Virus record (IMG/VR): IMGVR_UViG_3300021387_000688
DNA from: a virus
Taxonomy: Duplodnaviria > Caudoviricetes
DNA: 64,000 bases
Direction: 5' to 3' (one strand)
In this document: piece after piece, positions 1 through 8,775 of the stretch
How the letters are laid out: every line of letters starts with the position of its first letter
Numbering within the stretch: position 1 is the first letter of the stretch
Translations under genes and position numbers: made by a program
The notes under the pieces: generated by a model
Seen by the model: only the letters and a program-made list of their open reading frames with translations
Database searches by the model: none
What the model was told of the DNA's origin: nothing

Positions 1-122
1 GCATCGATGCGCTGATCGAATGCACTTTTTGGAGTATTCTCTGTTATTGGGTGTTCTACAATAGTTTCACCTTTCTGTGATTTTTCGCGTCTCTGCTGTG
101 AAAGTGATTTTTCTTTTGCCAT
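1..122 (-). CDS. hypothetical protein, 5' part (runs off window)
   Basis: ATG at 122 with AGGAG RBS; frame MAKEKSLSQQRRE... stays open to the window edge. Confidence 0.6.
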   Translation of the reverse strand, partial: MAKEKSLSQQRREKSQKGETIVEHPITENTPKSAFDQRID

Positions 123-186
123 AATATTCTCCTTATCTTCTGTAATAATATCGCTTAAAAAGGAATCTCGAATTCCTTAAAATGAG

Positions 187-214
187 AAAAAGGTGTAGTT
201 TCCTACACCTTTTT
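187..214 (-). terminator. intrinsic terminator
   Basis: AGGTGTAG-tttc-CTACACCT stem with A/T tracts on both sides. Confidence 0.75.
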
Positions 215-232
215 AATGATAAGAAGTTTAAA

Positions 233-538
233 CTACTTCTTATTCAAAACTTCTGCTACTTCAGCTTTAAGCTTTTTGGTAAGTGCCTTAAGCAAACTCA
301 ATACGAAGTTATAAGCAACCTGTACCAAAGTAACTGTACCTGCTACAGCACCTACATACTGGATTACTGTAAGCTTTCCACCAAGACCTGTAACTCCAAG
401 AATTACAGGAACTACAACTGAAGCAACTAATGAAATAGTTGCCTTAACCTTTGCACTTGTGCCTTCTGGAAGATAGATTTTAACAAGTTCCATCAATCCT
501 ACAACTGCAACTGCAGCAAAAGCAATAACTGTGATCAT
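233..538 (-). CDS. small membrane protein, holin-like
   Basis: 101 aa, about 3 hydrophobic segments, Lys-rich C-terminus, GGAGG RBS. Confidence 0.5.
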   Translation of the reverse strand: MITVIAFAAVAVVGLMELVKIYLPEGTSAKVKATISLVASVVVPVILGVTGLGGKLTVIQYVGAVAGTVTLVQVAYNFVLSLLKALTKKLKAEVAEVLNKK

Positions 539-556
539 TTATGATCCTCCTTTTTT

Positions 557-1234
557 TTATTCATCTTCTACTGGTGCATTAGCATCAATATAATCTTTTA
601 CAAGGTTGTAAGCGGTTTCTGTCATTTCACAATAAGTTACCTTATCCTGAACTGCATCCCCTACATCTTTACCTTTCATTCCTCTCACAAAGATTTTAAC
701 CAATCCTGTATACTCTCCAGCCGGAGCAAAGTTCAACTCTTCTGATTTAGGTGCATGTTCGTCTTTAATCTCATCATTATAGGAATCGATTGTTTCCATA
801 TAAGATTTAGAACTATCCAAAGCATCGTTTACAGCTTCTTCTCCGATGTCCGCATGCGCAAACTTTTCAGAATCAATAGTGATTGTGATACCTTTATCGG
901 CCAAAGCTTTAAAGTAATCGTCTAACATAGAAGACATGTTAAACTCTTCGATGGCTGCAATTGTATCATAAAGTCCTTTAAACTTTGATGAAAGCGGGTC
1001 CTTCTTCTTAGCTTCTTTATCCAAGAACAATGGATCTCCTGCAACCCATCCTTTACCCTTATCTTTGTAATATTTACGAGTCTTGCTCCAGTTTGTCTTA
1101 TCTGCTCCACCTGCTTCTTCCATTACTCTTTTAGTAATTTCCTTAAGAGCTTTAGAAGCAATCTTTTTGTTTTCAAGTACTTCAACTGTTTCGTCGAGCA
1201 ACTCTTCTGCATTCTTAACGTTTTCCATTTTCAA
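557..1234 (-). CDS. hypothetical protein
   Basis: long ORF with RBS, in operon with queC. Confidence 0.75.
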   Translation of the reverse strand: MKMENVKNAEELLDETVEVLENKKIASKALKEITKRVMEEAGGADKTNWSKTRKYYKDKGKGWVAGDPLFLDKEAKKKDPLSSKFKGLYDTIAAIEEFNMSSMLDDYFKALADKGITITIDSEKFAHADIGEEAVNDALDSSKSYMETIDSYNDEIKDEHAPKSEELNFAPAGEYTGLVKIFVRGMKGKDVGDAVQDKVTYCEMTETAYNLVKDYIDANAPVEDE

Positions 1235-1240
1235 TCTCCA

Positions 1241-1924
1241 TTAATAAATATCTGGGAAAATCTTTGCAAGACCGTTATCATATCTATCGTGACAGGTTTC
1301 GCATTCTCTACATGGTTTCTTAAATTCGATTCCATCTACAGTATACTTTTCTCCTGTACTAGCTCTATAACAGCTCCAAGTATGAGGGATATCCAATCGA
1401 GTCATACCTGCTTCCATACCCCATCTAATTACTTCATCTTTTGTCTTTTCAATCAAAGGCATTTCAATTGTGAACCATGGATAAGCAACGCTTACGCAAT
1501 TACGAGCCGCTGTATAGAAAGCTTCAGTACAATCTACAAATCCTCCAGCCGCATCTGAATAATGGGCTCCATGCCACAATACTGTACAATCCATCTGCAT
1601 TGCTTTTGCAGTTGCACATGCAATTAATACCATGTTACGATTATACATTTTACGAGTACCGTTTGGAGTACTTTTATCCCCAGTTACTTCTTCCATTGAA
1701 ACATCTTCAAAAATCTGCTTAAGATTCAATTCCTTAGTCTGAGTTACTCCAAGCTTCTTAGTGAAATATTCAAAAGATTCTTTTTCATCGTTTACATTGC
1801 GCTGACCGAAATAAGTATAAATTGCAACTACATTTTCAGCTCCAAACTGCTTTACTGCTTGAAACAACATTGCAGTAGAATCAAGCCCCCCTGAATATAA
1901 AACTGCTACTCTTTTAGCATCCAT
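1241..1924 (-). CDS. queC: QueC-like 7-cyano-7-deazaguanine synthase (PP-loop ATPase)
   Basis: YSGGLDS PP-loop, GQR, RN, DC, and C-terminal Zn site TWSCY...PCRECETC. Confidence 0.85.
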   Translation of the reverse strand: MDAKRVAVLYSGGLDSTAMLFQAVKQFGAENVVAIYTYFGQRNVNDEKESFEYFTKKLGVTQTKELNLKQIFEDVSMEEVTGDKSTPNGTRKMYNRNMVLIACATAKAMQMDCTVLWHGAHYSDAAGGFVDCTEAFYTAARNCVSVAYPWFTIEMPLIEKTKDEVIRWGMEAGMTRLDIPHTWSCYRASTGEKYTVDGIEFKKPCRECETCHDRYDNGLAKIFPDIY

Positions 1925-1965
1925 AATTTTATAACTCCTTAATAAAACAAATATAGAATAAGGCC

Positions 1966-2481
1966 TTACAAGATGCCCGATTTTATCATGTCTTTTACTT
2001 TACCAATAAAAGTATTTCCTAACCCTGGAACGTTTTTCTTAAACAAAGCTTCTCCAAGTTTCTTATAAAGAAACTCTTCTGCTTCATCAAATCTAACCCA
2101 TTGGTATTCAACAAACTCAGGTAATTGTTTACCAAACCAATCAAATACTGCATGGCATTCAAGCTTATTAGGCTCTTCTGGTAATACCAAAACGTAAATA
2201 AATCCTTTACCTTCTCCATATTTAACATTTCCAAGGTAAGTCATTGGTACACCTTCTATATCTAAATCCCCTTCTTCATAAGCTTCTCTTACAATTGTTT
2301 CTGCAGGATCGTCTCCATATTCAATGTGCCCTTTACCTACAATGTCCCAAGTATGGGGTTTAGATTTAGATTTGTTAGGAGCTCTACCTATTAACATTTT
2401 TTCCCTATCCGGAGAAAGTATGATAGGTATAGCTCTGTTTTTTGAATCCTGACTGTTATCTGTTGTATCTATTTTAACCAT
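1966..2481 (-). CDS. NUDIX hydrolase
   Basis: Nudix box GHIEYGDDPAETIVREAYEEGDL; start moved to MVKID. Confidence 0.85.
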   Translation of the reverse strand: MVKIDTTDNSQDSKNRAIPIILSPDREKMLIGRAPNKSKSKPHTWDIVGKGHIEYGDDPAETIVREAYEEGDLDIEGVPMTYLGNVKYGEGKGFIYVLVLPEEPNKLECHAVFDWFGKQLPEFVEYQWVRFDEAEEFLYKKLGEALFKKNVPGLGNTFIGKVKDMIKSGIL

Positions 2482-2716
2482 TTTTCCACATCTCATAACT
2501 TGACTTTGATAGTGCCAAGTTTTTCAATTCTGCTACCAAATATTCTGCAATAATAAAATCAGGTAAATTCAAATCGGCGTCGATATTTAACCTGTTTATA
2601 TTACTTTGAAGTACTTCTTCCAACTCTGCTAATCTCTCTTCTGGAGGTATATGAGTTGGTGAATCAAATGTTTTTAATTCCAATTCGTCCATTTTTACAT
2701 CCTTTACCAAAGCCAC
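2474..2716 (-). CDS. small phage protein (paralog of 4344-4577)
   Basis: LPDFIIAEYL motif, compare TPNKILAGYL. Confidence 0.65.
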   Translation of the reverse strand: MALVKDVKMDELELKTFDSPTHIPPEERLAELEEVLQSNINRLNIDADLNLPDFIIAEYLVAELKNLALSKSSYEMWKNG

Positions 2717-3180
2717 ATTTCTTCGGTATAACTATCTTTCATATCTCTTAAAGAGTTTTTATAACGATAGTATTTTCCATCTACTTCTGCTACTGGGATG
2801 AACTTTTTAGTACCTTTAGTAAATATTTCATAATACCAAACTTTGAGGGGTTTGAATTTTTTACCGGCAAATGCTTCTCCAAATGTTTCTGGCTCTAATA
2901 CAACTTGCCTATCTTCATTTTCCCAAGTACCATGTAAAGATACTATTACAGTTCTGGCTTCTACGGGAGGAGTTTTTATATACCTATTGAAACTTAAATC
3001 CTTTACATACCAAGACTGGTTAGTAGAGGCCTTTAGTTCCTGTACATAAAACCACATTTCCTTGTGAGCTTCTTCATCCCAAATAGTAGCATCTTGACAG
3101 CTATCTACAAGGGAATAATGCCCGCAAAGATTTAGAAAAAATTTTTCATTATGATTTACAATGGCATATCCCCTACTCAT
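2704..3180 (-). CDS. hypothetical protein
   Basis: ORF; likely start MSRGY directly after the upstream stop. Confidence 0.65.
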   Translation of the reverse strand: MSRGYAIVNHNEKFFLNLCGHYSLVDSCQDATIWDEEAHKEMWFYVQELKASTNQSWYVKDLSFNRYIKTPPVEARTVIVSLHGTWENEDRQVVLEPETFGEAFAGKKFKPLKVWYYEIFTKGTKKFIPVAEVDGKYYRYKNSLRDMKDSYTEEMWLW

Positions 3181-3181
3181 A

Positions 3182-3427
3182 TTACTCGTCCACCCAAATC
3201 TTAAGGCGCTTTTCAAGTACCCTGATATAATCTTTCTGGATTCTAAACTGCTTATTCAAAAGCTTTTTCTGTTCATTAGAAAGAGAATCTAAAAGCTTTT
3301 GATGGTTTGGCATATTATCGGATTTGATCTTGCCGAGCAAGTTTCCAAGCTTTTCATTACGCTCTTTCAATTCTTCGAGTTCCATCTGTACACGTTCTTT
3401 TGCTGTAGTTCCTTCTTTCTTAACCAT
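3182..3427 (-). CDS. crAss001_48-like helical hairpin protein
   Basis: ER..E.EELKER.EKL...LS.EQ..LL..Q......Y..VL..RL pattern. Confidence 0.6.
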   Translation of the reverse strand: MVKKEGTTAKERVQMELEELKERNEKLGNLLGKIKSDNMPNHQKLLDSLSNEQKKLLNKQFRIQKDYIRVLEKRLKIWVDE

Positions 3428-3439
3428 AGCGACTCCTTT

Positions 3440-4279
3440 TTAATAATTGATGATTTTTACATCATTTGTTTCTGTATCTATTATAGCATAATATTCTTGT
3501 TCCGGAGAATCTAAGAATACATATGTACAATCTAAGTTATCAGGTTCATTACCCTCTTCGTATTGATACTTATAAAACTTTTTGTTATCCCACCAATCTT
3601 TTGCTTTAACAATTCGGGATTCAAGATTCCAATACTCCATCATGTTTTCATCTAATGCAGTATGACCAACGCACTGATTGTAACCTGCAATTCCAAAACG
3701 AATTAAAGATGGCGGCCTAATCCACATGCAAGTTTCATAAGAATCGTCCCCGTACGGATCATCTCCATTAAAATTGAACACTGTCAAATTATGATTATGG
3801 AATATTTCTTTAATCTTATCCAAGCTACTGTTTGTTAATTCTGGGAAGAAAACACTGGCGTGCATAGGGTCATTCAACCATTCCTGAGTTACCCCTGCAT
3901 GAGAGAATAACCATTTATCAACAATAACAAATGGTTCAAATTCTTCAAACATATTTGTTAATGTATCTTGGATATCTTTAGCTGAAAAATGTTGATATTG
4001 AGAACAAGACCTTCCACCGTAATTACCCATATAAGATAAATCGTGATTACCAAATAATGTATCAACTGTATGCGGGTTAACAAGGTTGACTGCATGTTTC
4101 CATTCCATTATCTTTTCGAGTTCTCTTTTCTGGTCACTCCATGTATTAAATGTATCATGACTATCACAATAGTCGCCTAAGAAAATTACTTTATCTGCAC
4201 GACCTTCTCCATAAACCTTTTTTGCGTTTTCTAATACTCTTTCATTGCCATGTACGTCTGGGATTACTAATACTTTCAA
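3440..4279 (-). CDS. calcineurin-like metallophosphoesterase
   Basis: DVHG, GDYCD, GNHD, SHAG, GHT motifs. Confidence 0.9.
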   Translation of the reverse strand: MKVLVIPDVHGNERVLENAKKVYGEGRADKVIFLGDYCDSHDTFNTWSDQKRELEKIMEWKHAVNLVNPHTVDTLFGNHDLSYMGNYGGRSCSQYQHFSAKDIQDTLTNMFEEFEPFVIVDKWLFSHAGVTQEWLNDPMHASVFFPELTNSSLDKIKEIFHNHNLTVFNFNGDDPYGDDSYETCMWIRPPSLIRFGIAGYNQCVGHTALDENMMEYWNLESRIVKAKDWWDNKKFYKYQYEEGNEPDNLDCTYVFLDSPEQEYYAIIDTETNDVKIINY

Positions 4280-4343
4280 AATGGTATCTCCTCCTAATTA
4301 TTATAGATATCATTTCTATAATAATGACGAAGAGGTTTAATAA

Positions 4344-4577
4344 ATGGCAGAATTAAATTTTGATTTGAAGCTTAAAAAGTTGAAGGAAAATATAACAAAA
4401 AGTTTAGACGAACTTGAATTGCAATCATATACCGGTACCCCTAATAAAATATTGGCAGGTTATTTAACAGATCAAGTATTAGTTTATTCAAAGCTTCTTT
4501 CCGATATAAGAAAAGAATTAACAGAGGAAGAAGAAACCGTAGTAGAAATTGACTCCCACTCAACTCCAATCGTTTAA
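4344..4577 (+). CDS. small phage protein (paralog of 2474-2716)
   Basis: GAGG RBS, upstream CTATAAT, downstream terminator. Confidence 0.65.
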   Translation: MAELNFDLKLKKLKENITKSLDELELQSYTGTPNKILAGYLTDQVLVYSKLLSDIRKELTEEEETVVEIDSHSTPIV

Positions 4578-4587
4578 TAAAAATCCA

Positions 4588-4619
4588 AAAAAAAAGGAAC
4601 TACTTTCGTAGTTCCTTTT
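4588..4619. terminator. bidirectional intrinsic terminator
   Basis: GGAACTAC-tttc-GTAGTTCC stem with A and T tracts, between convergent units. Confidence 0.85.
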
Positions 4620-4620
4620 A

Positions 4621-4781
4621 GGGATACCCGGAATGGATATCCTCCACCACCAAGTTTCATTAATATTTAGAAAACGGGCAAGCATTTTCAATTGCGTAAT
4701 TGACGCCTTACTTTGTTTAAGTTAAGTAGGATGACTTAACCCCATTTCTTTGAAGGAAGCTTCAAGAAACTTAGAAACAAA
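4621..4781 (-). ncRNA. candidate structured RNA (multi-hairpin)
   Basis: no ORF of 60 aa or more; UUUGUUU/AAACAAA closes two hairpins, followed by further stems including GGAUAUCC/GGGUAUCC. Confidence 0.35.
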
Positions 4782-4786
4782 TACCT

Positions 4787-5587
4787 CTATAAAATTATAG
4801 TCCCTGTTTCTTTAAATTGTTCCCTTAAAATTGGAAGAGTTTTAAGGTTGTGCCTTACAAGCCACATTCTTAATTGTGCTGGGGAGCCGAACCCCGCATG
4901 CTTGGATAATTCTTCGATTTTCATATTGGTTTGAAGACCTTCAAGTATCTTGGATTGAACTTTAGATATCCTATTTTTTAAATCGTTTGCGTATAAAGCT
5001 TTTAAAGAAGCTTTTACTTTAGCTCTAGTTTTTTCACTCCTGTTTGCGTTATGCCGTTTTGCATTTTCTGACATTGCCTTTCTGCCTTCTTCTGAAAGGT
5101 AAGGATTTGATTTACCTTTCCAAGAGCATGGGTGTGAAAAACTTATACCTTTTTCTTTACAGGTTTTGGCAGTTTTTAAAGACCTCTTTTTGAAAATATC
5201 AGGATCTTTTTCTCTAAGTTTTTCATAAGTTTCTTTTTGCCGCTTTTTAGCAAAATCGTAATCTATAAATCTAGAATTGTCTCCGCCATCCCCTCCGTCA
5301 GCTAAATTATATTCGGCTTTACCAATTAATCGTTGGGTTGCAATAATACATTTCTCAAAACGATTAATTTGTTCTTTAGAAAACTCTCCGGAAAGGATTA
5401 TTTCTTTTTTAAAGTTATCTAAACCATATTTTTTCTGGGCCTTTTTAAGAAGAGTACCAGAACCCCAATAAAGATCTGAAGCCAAATTTTTACATTTAGT
5501 ACTTACAGTTCTTTTACCGAAATAATTTTTACCATTTATTACATTAGTTATGCAATAAATATACCGAACTCTTTTTTCGCTAACCAT
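4787..5587 (-). CDS. free-standing GIY-YIG homing endonuclease (Seg-like)
   Basis: YIYCITN...YFGKR...YWGSG..LKKAQKKYG..NFKKEII...E...YNL..GG plus basic C-terminal region; start set at ATG 5587 because the longer ORF overlaps the tmRNA. Confidence 0.85.
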   Translation of the reverse strand: MVSEKRVRYIYCITNVINGKNYFGKRTVSTKCKNLASDLYWGSGTLLKKAQKKYGLDNFKKEIILSGEFSKEQINRFEKCIIATQRLIGKAEYNLADGGDGGDNSRFIDYDFAKKRQKETYEKLREKDPDIFKKRSLKTAKTCKEKGISFSHPCSWKGKSNPYLSEEGRKAMSENAKRHNANRSEKTRAKVKASLKALYANDLKNRISKVQSKILEGLQTNMKIEELSKHAGFGSPAQLRMWLVRHNLKTLPILREQFKETGTIIL

Positions 5588-5614
5588 ATTATAATTAGCG
5601 AAAAAGTTCGGACC

Positions 5615-6008
5615 TGGAGATGCCGAGAATTGAACTCGGGTCCCATACAACCTTTTACAAATAAACTTCTATACAAGCTTAAGCTAGTTTTCGATTCGGG
5701 ATAGCTACCGGATTCTGCCCAAGTACGTGACTTTTACAAGCCACTTTCGTAAAGAGATACATGCTCTCGCTCCGCCTCTACTCTTTACTAGTCATCGCAA
5801 TCTTTCAAGTATATAAGCTATTGTGACTCGTTCACTTAAAACCCGCTAGAGCTCTGTTTTGGCTCTAGAACTTGAAATGGTGCTTACGCAACCATTGCCA
5901 AGTCTTCGTACTCTGTTTCGTCGTTTACTTACGGTGCTTTTAGGGTACACTAACCACTGTGCTTGATTTATCTGTTACTGAGTTGCAGGTCGAAACCTTT
6001 ACACCCCC
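5615..6008 (-). ncRNA. ssrA: tmRNA (394 nt), tag peptide probably (A)VNDETEYEDLAMVA
   Basis: 5' GGGGGUGUAAAGGUUUCGAC; 3' GACCCGAGUUCAAUUCUCGGCAUCUCCA; acceptor stem GGGGGUG/CAUCUCC with G3-U70; tag ORF 5928-5884. Confidence 0.93.
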
Positions 6009-6020
6009 GTAAATATTATT

Positions 6021-6110
6021 CGCTTTCGCCTAGGATGTCTTACTGTGAGTGTTGTCCCTAGGTTACTTACTTGCAGGTCAAGGTTTAATATAGCTGAACC
6101 CTCACTGCCA
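6021..6110 (-). ncRNA. candidate structured leader upstream of tmRNA
   Basis: GC-richer intergenic segment; hairpins GCAG..AGGGUU/AACCUU..CUGC and CCUAGGG/UCCUAGG with G-U pairs on the minus strand. Confidence 0.3.
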
Positions 6111-6133
6111 TGAAACTACGGATTAGATTTTAA

Positions 6134-6517
6134 TTAGTTTCTTTCTCGACGTGCATTATTATCTACAATATCATCAAACCAGCGTCCACCAATCTGCAGT
6201 CTTGGAAGTGCAATTTTTCCTGCATTTTCAAAAGCATCAAGCGGAACTGAAAGAATATTCAAATCTTCTGGATAAGCATTATCCCCTGTAAGGCCGTACT
6301 TATCATTCATCATCTTTCCTGAGAAAAGATATGCAGTTACATTTTCATTTACTTTTGTAAAATCTTTGAAGAATCCAATCCACAAAGGAGCTTCTTCAGG
6401 TACAACACCTATAAAAGTCAATGCAGATCCGTTATAAAGCTCATCCAATTTTGAGCTGTAATTTTCATCAGTGAGCCTTTCGATTGGATTAGAAGCTGAT
6501 TTCATTTCTTCTGACAT
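6134..6517 (-). CDS. hypothetical protein
   Basis: GGAGG RBS before MSEEM; CTATATT upstream. Confidence 0.75.
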   Translation of the reverse strand: MSEEMKSASNPIERLTDENYSSKLDELYNGSALTFIGVVPEEAPLWIGFFKDFTKVNENVTAYLFSGKMMNDKYGLTGDNAYPEDLNILSVPLDAFENAGKIALPRLQIGGRWFDDIVDNNARRERN

Positions 6518-6573
6518 GTATTTGTTCCTCCTATTATAATATAGAAAATTCCGGAGGAACAAATTTCGAAAAG

Positions 6574-7254
6574 CTACTCTTTTGTAATCATGAATAATTC
6601 TGGATGGTTTTTAATATAATCCATGAAATTCTCAAACCAGTGATCGATATCCTCTAACCCTACTAAGGGTACAGGATTCATTTTAACGATGTAAGTATTT
6701 GGATGCCCGCAAGAGAATTTCATTCCCGCTCTATAACTGAAATTGTTAGGATCTACTTTAAACCAATTCTCCCCTTCATGGGCTTGACAATAAACTACAT
6801 GATCGTCAATCATCCATTGCATTACAGTTTTCCAATCAGTTGTTTTGTCACAATTACTTTCTACGTTCTTGGTATTCATAAAATGAACATACTCCCTTGC
6901 AAAGTTTTCATTTTTGAATCCTCTTTCGAAATGCCAATCATTCGAAATAAGTAAAGGATCTCTTTGATAGAAATATTTTTTCTCTTTATTATTGAGGAAA
7001 CTATCTCCATTTGTCCATTGAAGATTAGAGAATACTGCAAATGGGTAATACCCATGCAGATCACCGAGATCAAATTCTGTAGAAGCTGCAGGGTCTTCAT
7101 TATGTTTCAAGAAAGATATATAATGTTCAAACCACTCTCCTGCTTCATAATGTTCGTTTACTTTTTCTCCCAAATAATTGCGGAAACTTTTTTCATTATA
7201 TTGATCGTGTCCTAGACCATTCCAAAATGTATCAAAACTTGACTTAGGCATCAA
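6574..7254 (-). CDS. hypothetical protein
   Basis: AGGAGG RBS, long ORF. Confidence 0.7.
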   Translation of the reverse strand: MMPKSSFDTFWNGLGHDQYNEKSFRNYLGEKVNEHYEAGEWFEHYISFLKHNEDPAASTEFDLGDLHGYYPFAVFSNLQWTNGDSFLNNKEKKYFYQRDPLLISNDWHFERGFKNENFAREYVHFMNTKNVESNCDKTTDWKTVMQWMIDDHVVYCQAHEGENWFKVDPNNFSYRAGMKFSCGHPNTYIVKMNPVPLVGLEDIDHWFENFMDYIKNHPELFMITKE

Positions 7255-7273
7255 TTTTGTACCTCCTTAAAAA

Positions 7274-7924
7274 TTATTTCTTTTCTACTGGCGTTGTTAC
7301 AGGATCTTTTTCATAAACAAAATCGGCCATTTCAATCATCTCATCTCTGGTAAGATTTGTTTTACCCATTCTGTAAGTTGGATCTGTTTTGCGACGGTCA
7401 TTTACATATTCTGCATCCATGGCTTCCAAATCCTTGAAAGTCAATGCACCAAAACTTTCATCAGTATTATCGACAAGGGTATTTGCTTTCTTATTGTTTA
7501 CTTCCCAATCCTTTTTAATCTTATGATCTTCCCAGGCTTTCTTAATTCTATAACTAAGAGTAGGAACCATTTTAGCTTCTTCTCCGTTTGTCAAAGCAGA
7601 AATGGCTGACTTCTTATAGGTAGATTTAGGTTCTTTATACTCAACCCATCCATTAGTCCAATGATCGTACTTATAATGAATCTTGCCTGTACTTATATCG
7701 CAACTTCCCAATTCTGCATCTACCCAGGCTGCTTTAGCTCCTTCAGGATCTTTTTTAAAAAACTTAACCCAACCCTTCTCATCCAAAGAAGATGCTTTTA
7801 CAATACTTTCAAGTCTTTTATTATCTTTCTTAAAAGACTTAGGTGTTTTAGGTAAAAGGGATTCTGAAACGGATGCAGGTCCAAACATGTCACTCAATGT
7901 TTTAATGTCATTGGTTTTCTTCAT
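7274..7924 (-). CDS. hypothetical protein
   Basis: AGGAG RBS, long ORF. Confidence 0.7.
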   Translation of the reverse strand: MKKTNDIKTLSDMFGPASVSESLLPKTPKSFKKDNKRLESIVKASSLDEKGWVKFFKKDPEGAKAAWVDAELGSCDISTGKIHYKYDHWTNGWVEYKEPKSTYKKSAISALTNGEEAKMVPTLSYRIKKAWEDHKIKKDWEVNNKKANTLVDNTDESFGALTFKDLEAMDAEYVNDRRKTDPTYRMGKTNLTRDEMIEMADFVYEKDPVTTPVEKK

Positions 7925-8004
7925 AAAATATACTCCTTGTATAGGATAACGACTTTCTTAATAGATGCGTATTTTCTGTATACATTTTAAGTATAGAAAA
8001 GGTA

Positions 8005-8775
8005 CTAACTCAAGCACCAACCGCAAGTATGTTCAGCCCATTTTGGAGTTTCACATAGTTTCCAACCTTTACAATATTTTTGACCTTTTTCATCAGTTTC
8101 TACTATAGGTTCGAACCACATGCAATTTACTTTATCAAAAGGATCTTTTAATCCCAAAAGACCTTGTTCGTGAGCTTCAATTACTGCATATTGGTAGTAA
8201 TTACATTCCCATAAATCTGTCCAGTTTTCAGTAACAGCTTTGAAAGCTTTATTGAAATCATAATAGAATCCCCAAGTCCTTGCATCATGGTTTTCATATT
8301 TATAATCTTTTGGAAGTCCTTTTGCTTCTTTTACACAATCGGCTACTTCTTGTTTAACATCCCTAACAGAAGCAATAAAGTAAACTGTTCTATCATCAAA
8401 GAATTTTAAGAGTTTAGTTCTAGCCCTTTCTTCAATTCGTTGACGATGTTTAACAAAGGCTTTTGCTTCTCTACATCTATCGGCTTGATTTTTTCTTATC
8501 ACATTTATTTTACACATTGTTAGAGGTACCAAATATGCATTATAATAATGTGCACGATTAGAAGAAGGGATTGAGCCATCTCCATTAAAATAACCATGCG
8601 CTTCTTCTATGGCGACTTTAGCAAACCTTTCTTCAATCCTTTCTTTTGTTTGATTTTCATATCGAAGGAATCTCATAGCCACTTCTCTTTCTTTGTTGTA
8701 CTTTCTACGGGCCTCTAAAGTAACTTGTTTACATCTTGCATAATCATCTAACAATGATTTAATAGTGGAACTCAT
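8005..8775 (-). CDS. hypothetical protein
   Basis: overlapping stop/start operon packing. Confidence 0.7.
   Translation of the reverse strand: MSSTIKSLLDDYARCKQVTLEARRKYNKEREVAMRFLRYENQTKERIEERFAKVAIEEAHGYFNGDGSIPSSNRAHYYNAYLVPLTMCKINVIRKNQADRCREAKAFVKHRQRIEERARTKLLKFFDDRTVYFIASVRDVKQEVADCVKEAKGLPKDYKYENHDARTWGFYYDFNKAFKAVTENWTDLWECNYYQYAVIEAHEQGLLGLKDPFDKVNCMWFEPIVETDEKGQKYCKGWKLCETPKWAEHTCGWCLS

Noticed and set aside
4735-4815. Programmed -1 frameshift extending the endonuclease (NRDYNFIEVFV...)
   Set aside because: No in-frame slippery heptamer, and the short open frame can be explained by chance.
5588-5650. N-terminal extension of the GIY-YIG ORF (MYGTRVQFSASPGP...)
   Set aside because: It is the tmRNA T-arm and acceptor stem read as codons; ATG 5587 is the plausible start.
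6021-6110. preQ1 riboswitch or HDV-like (theta) ribozyme
   Set aside because: Only fragments of consensus (GGUUC, CGAA) are present; the required helix order is missing.
4620-6130. Group I intron around the homing endonuclease
   Set aside because: No interrupted gene is present, the tmRNA is complete, and no convincing P/Q/R/S core elements were found.
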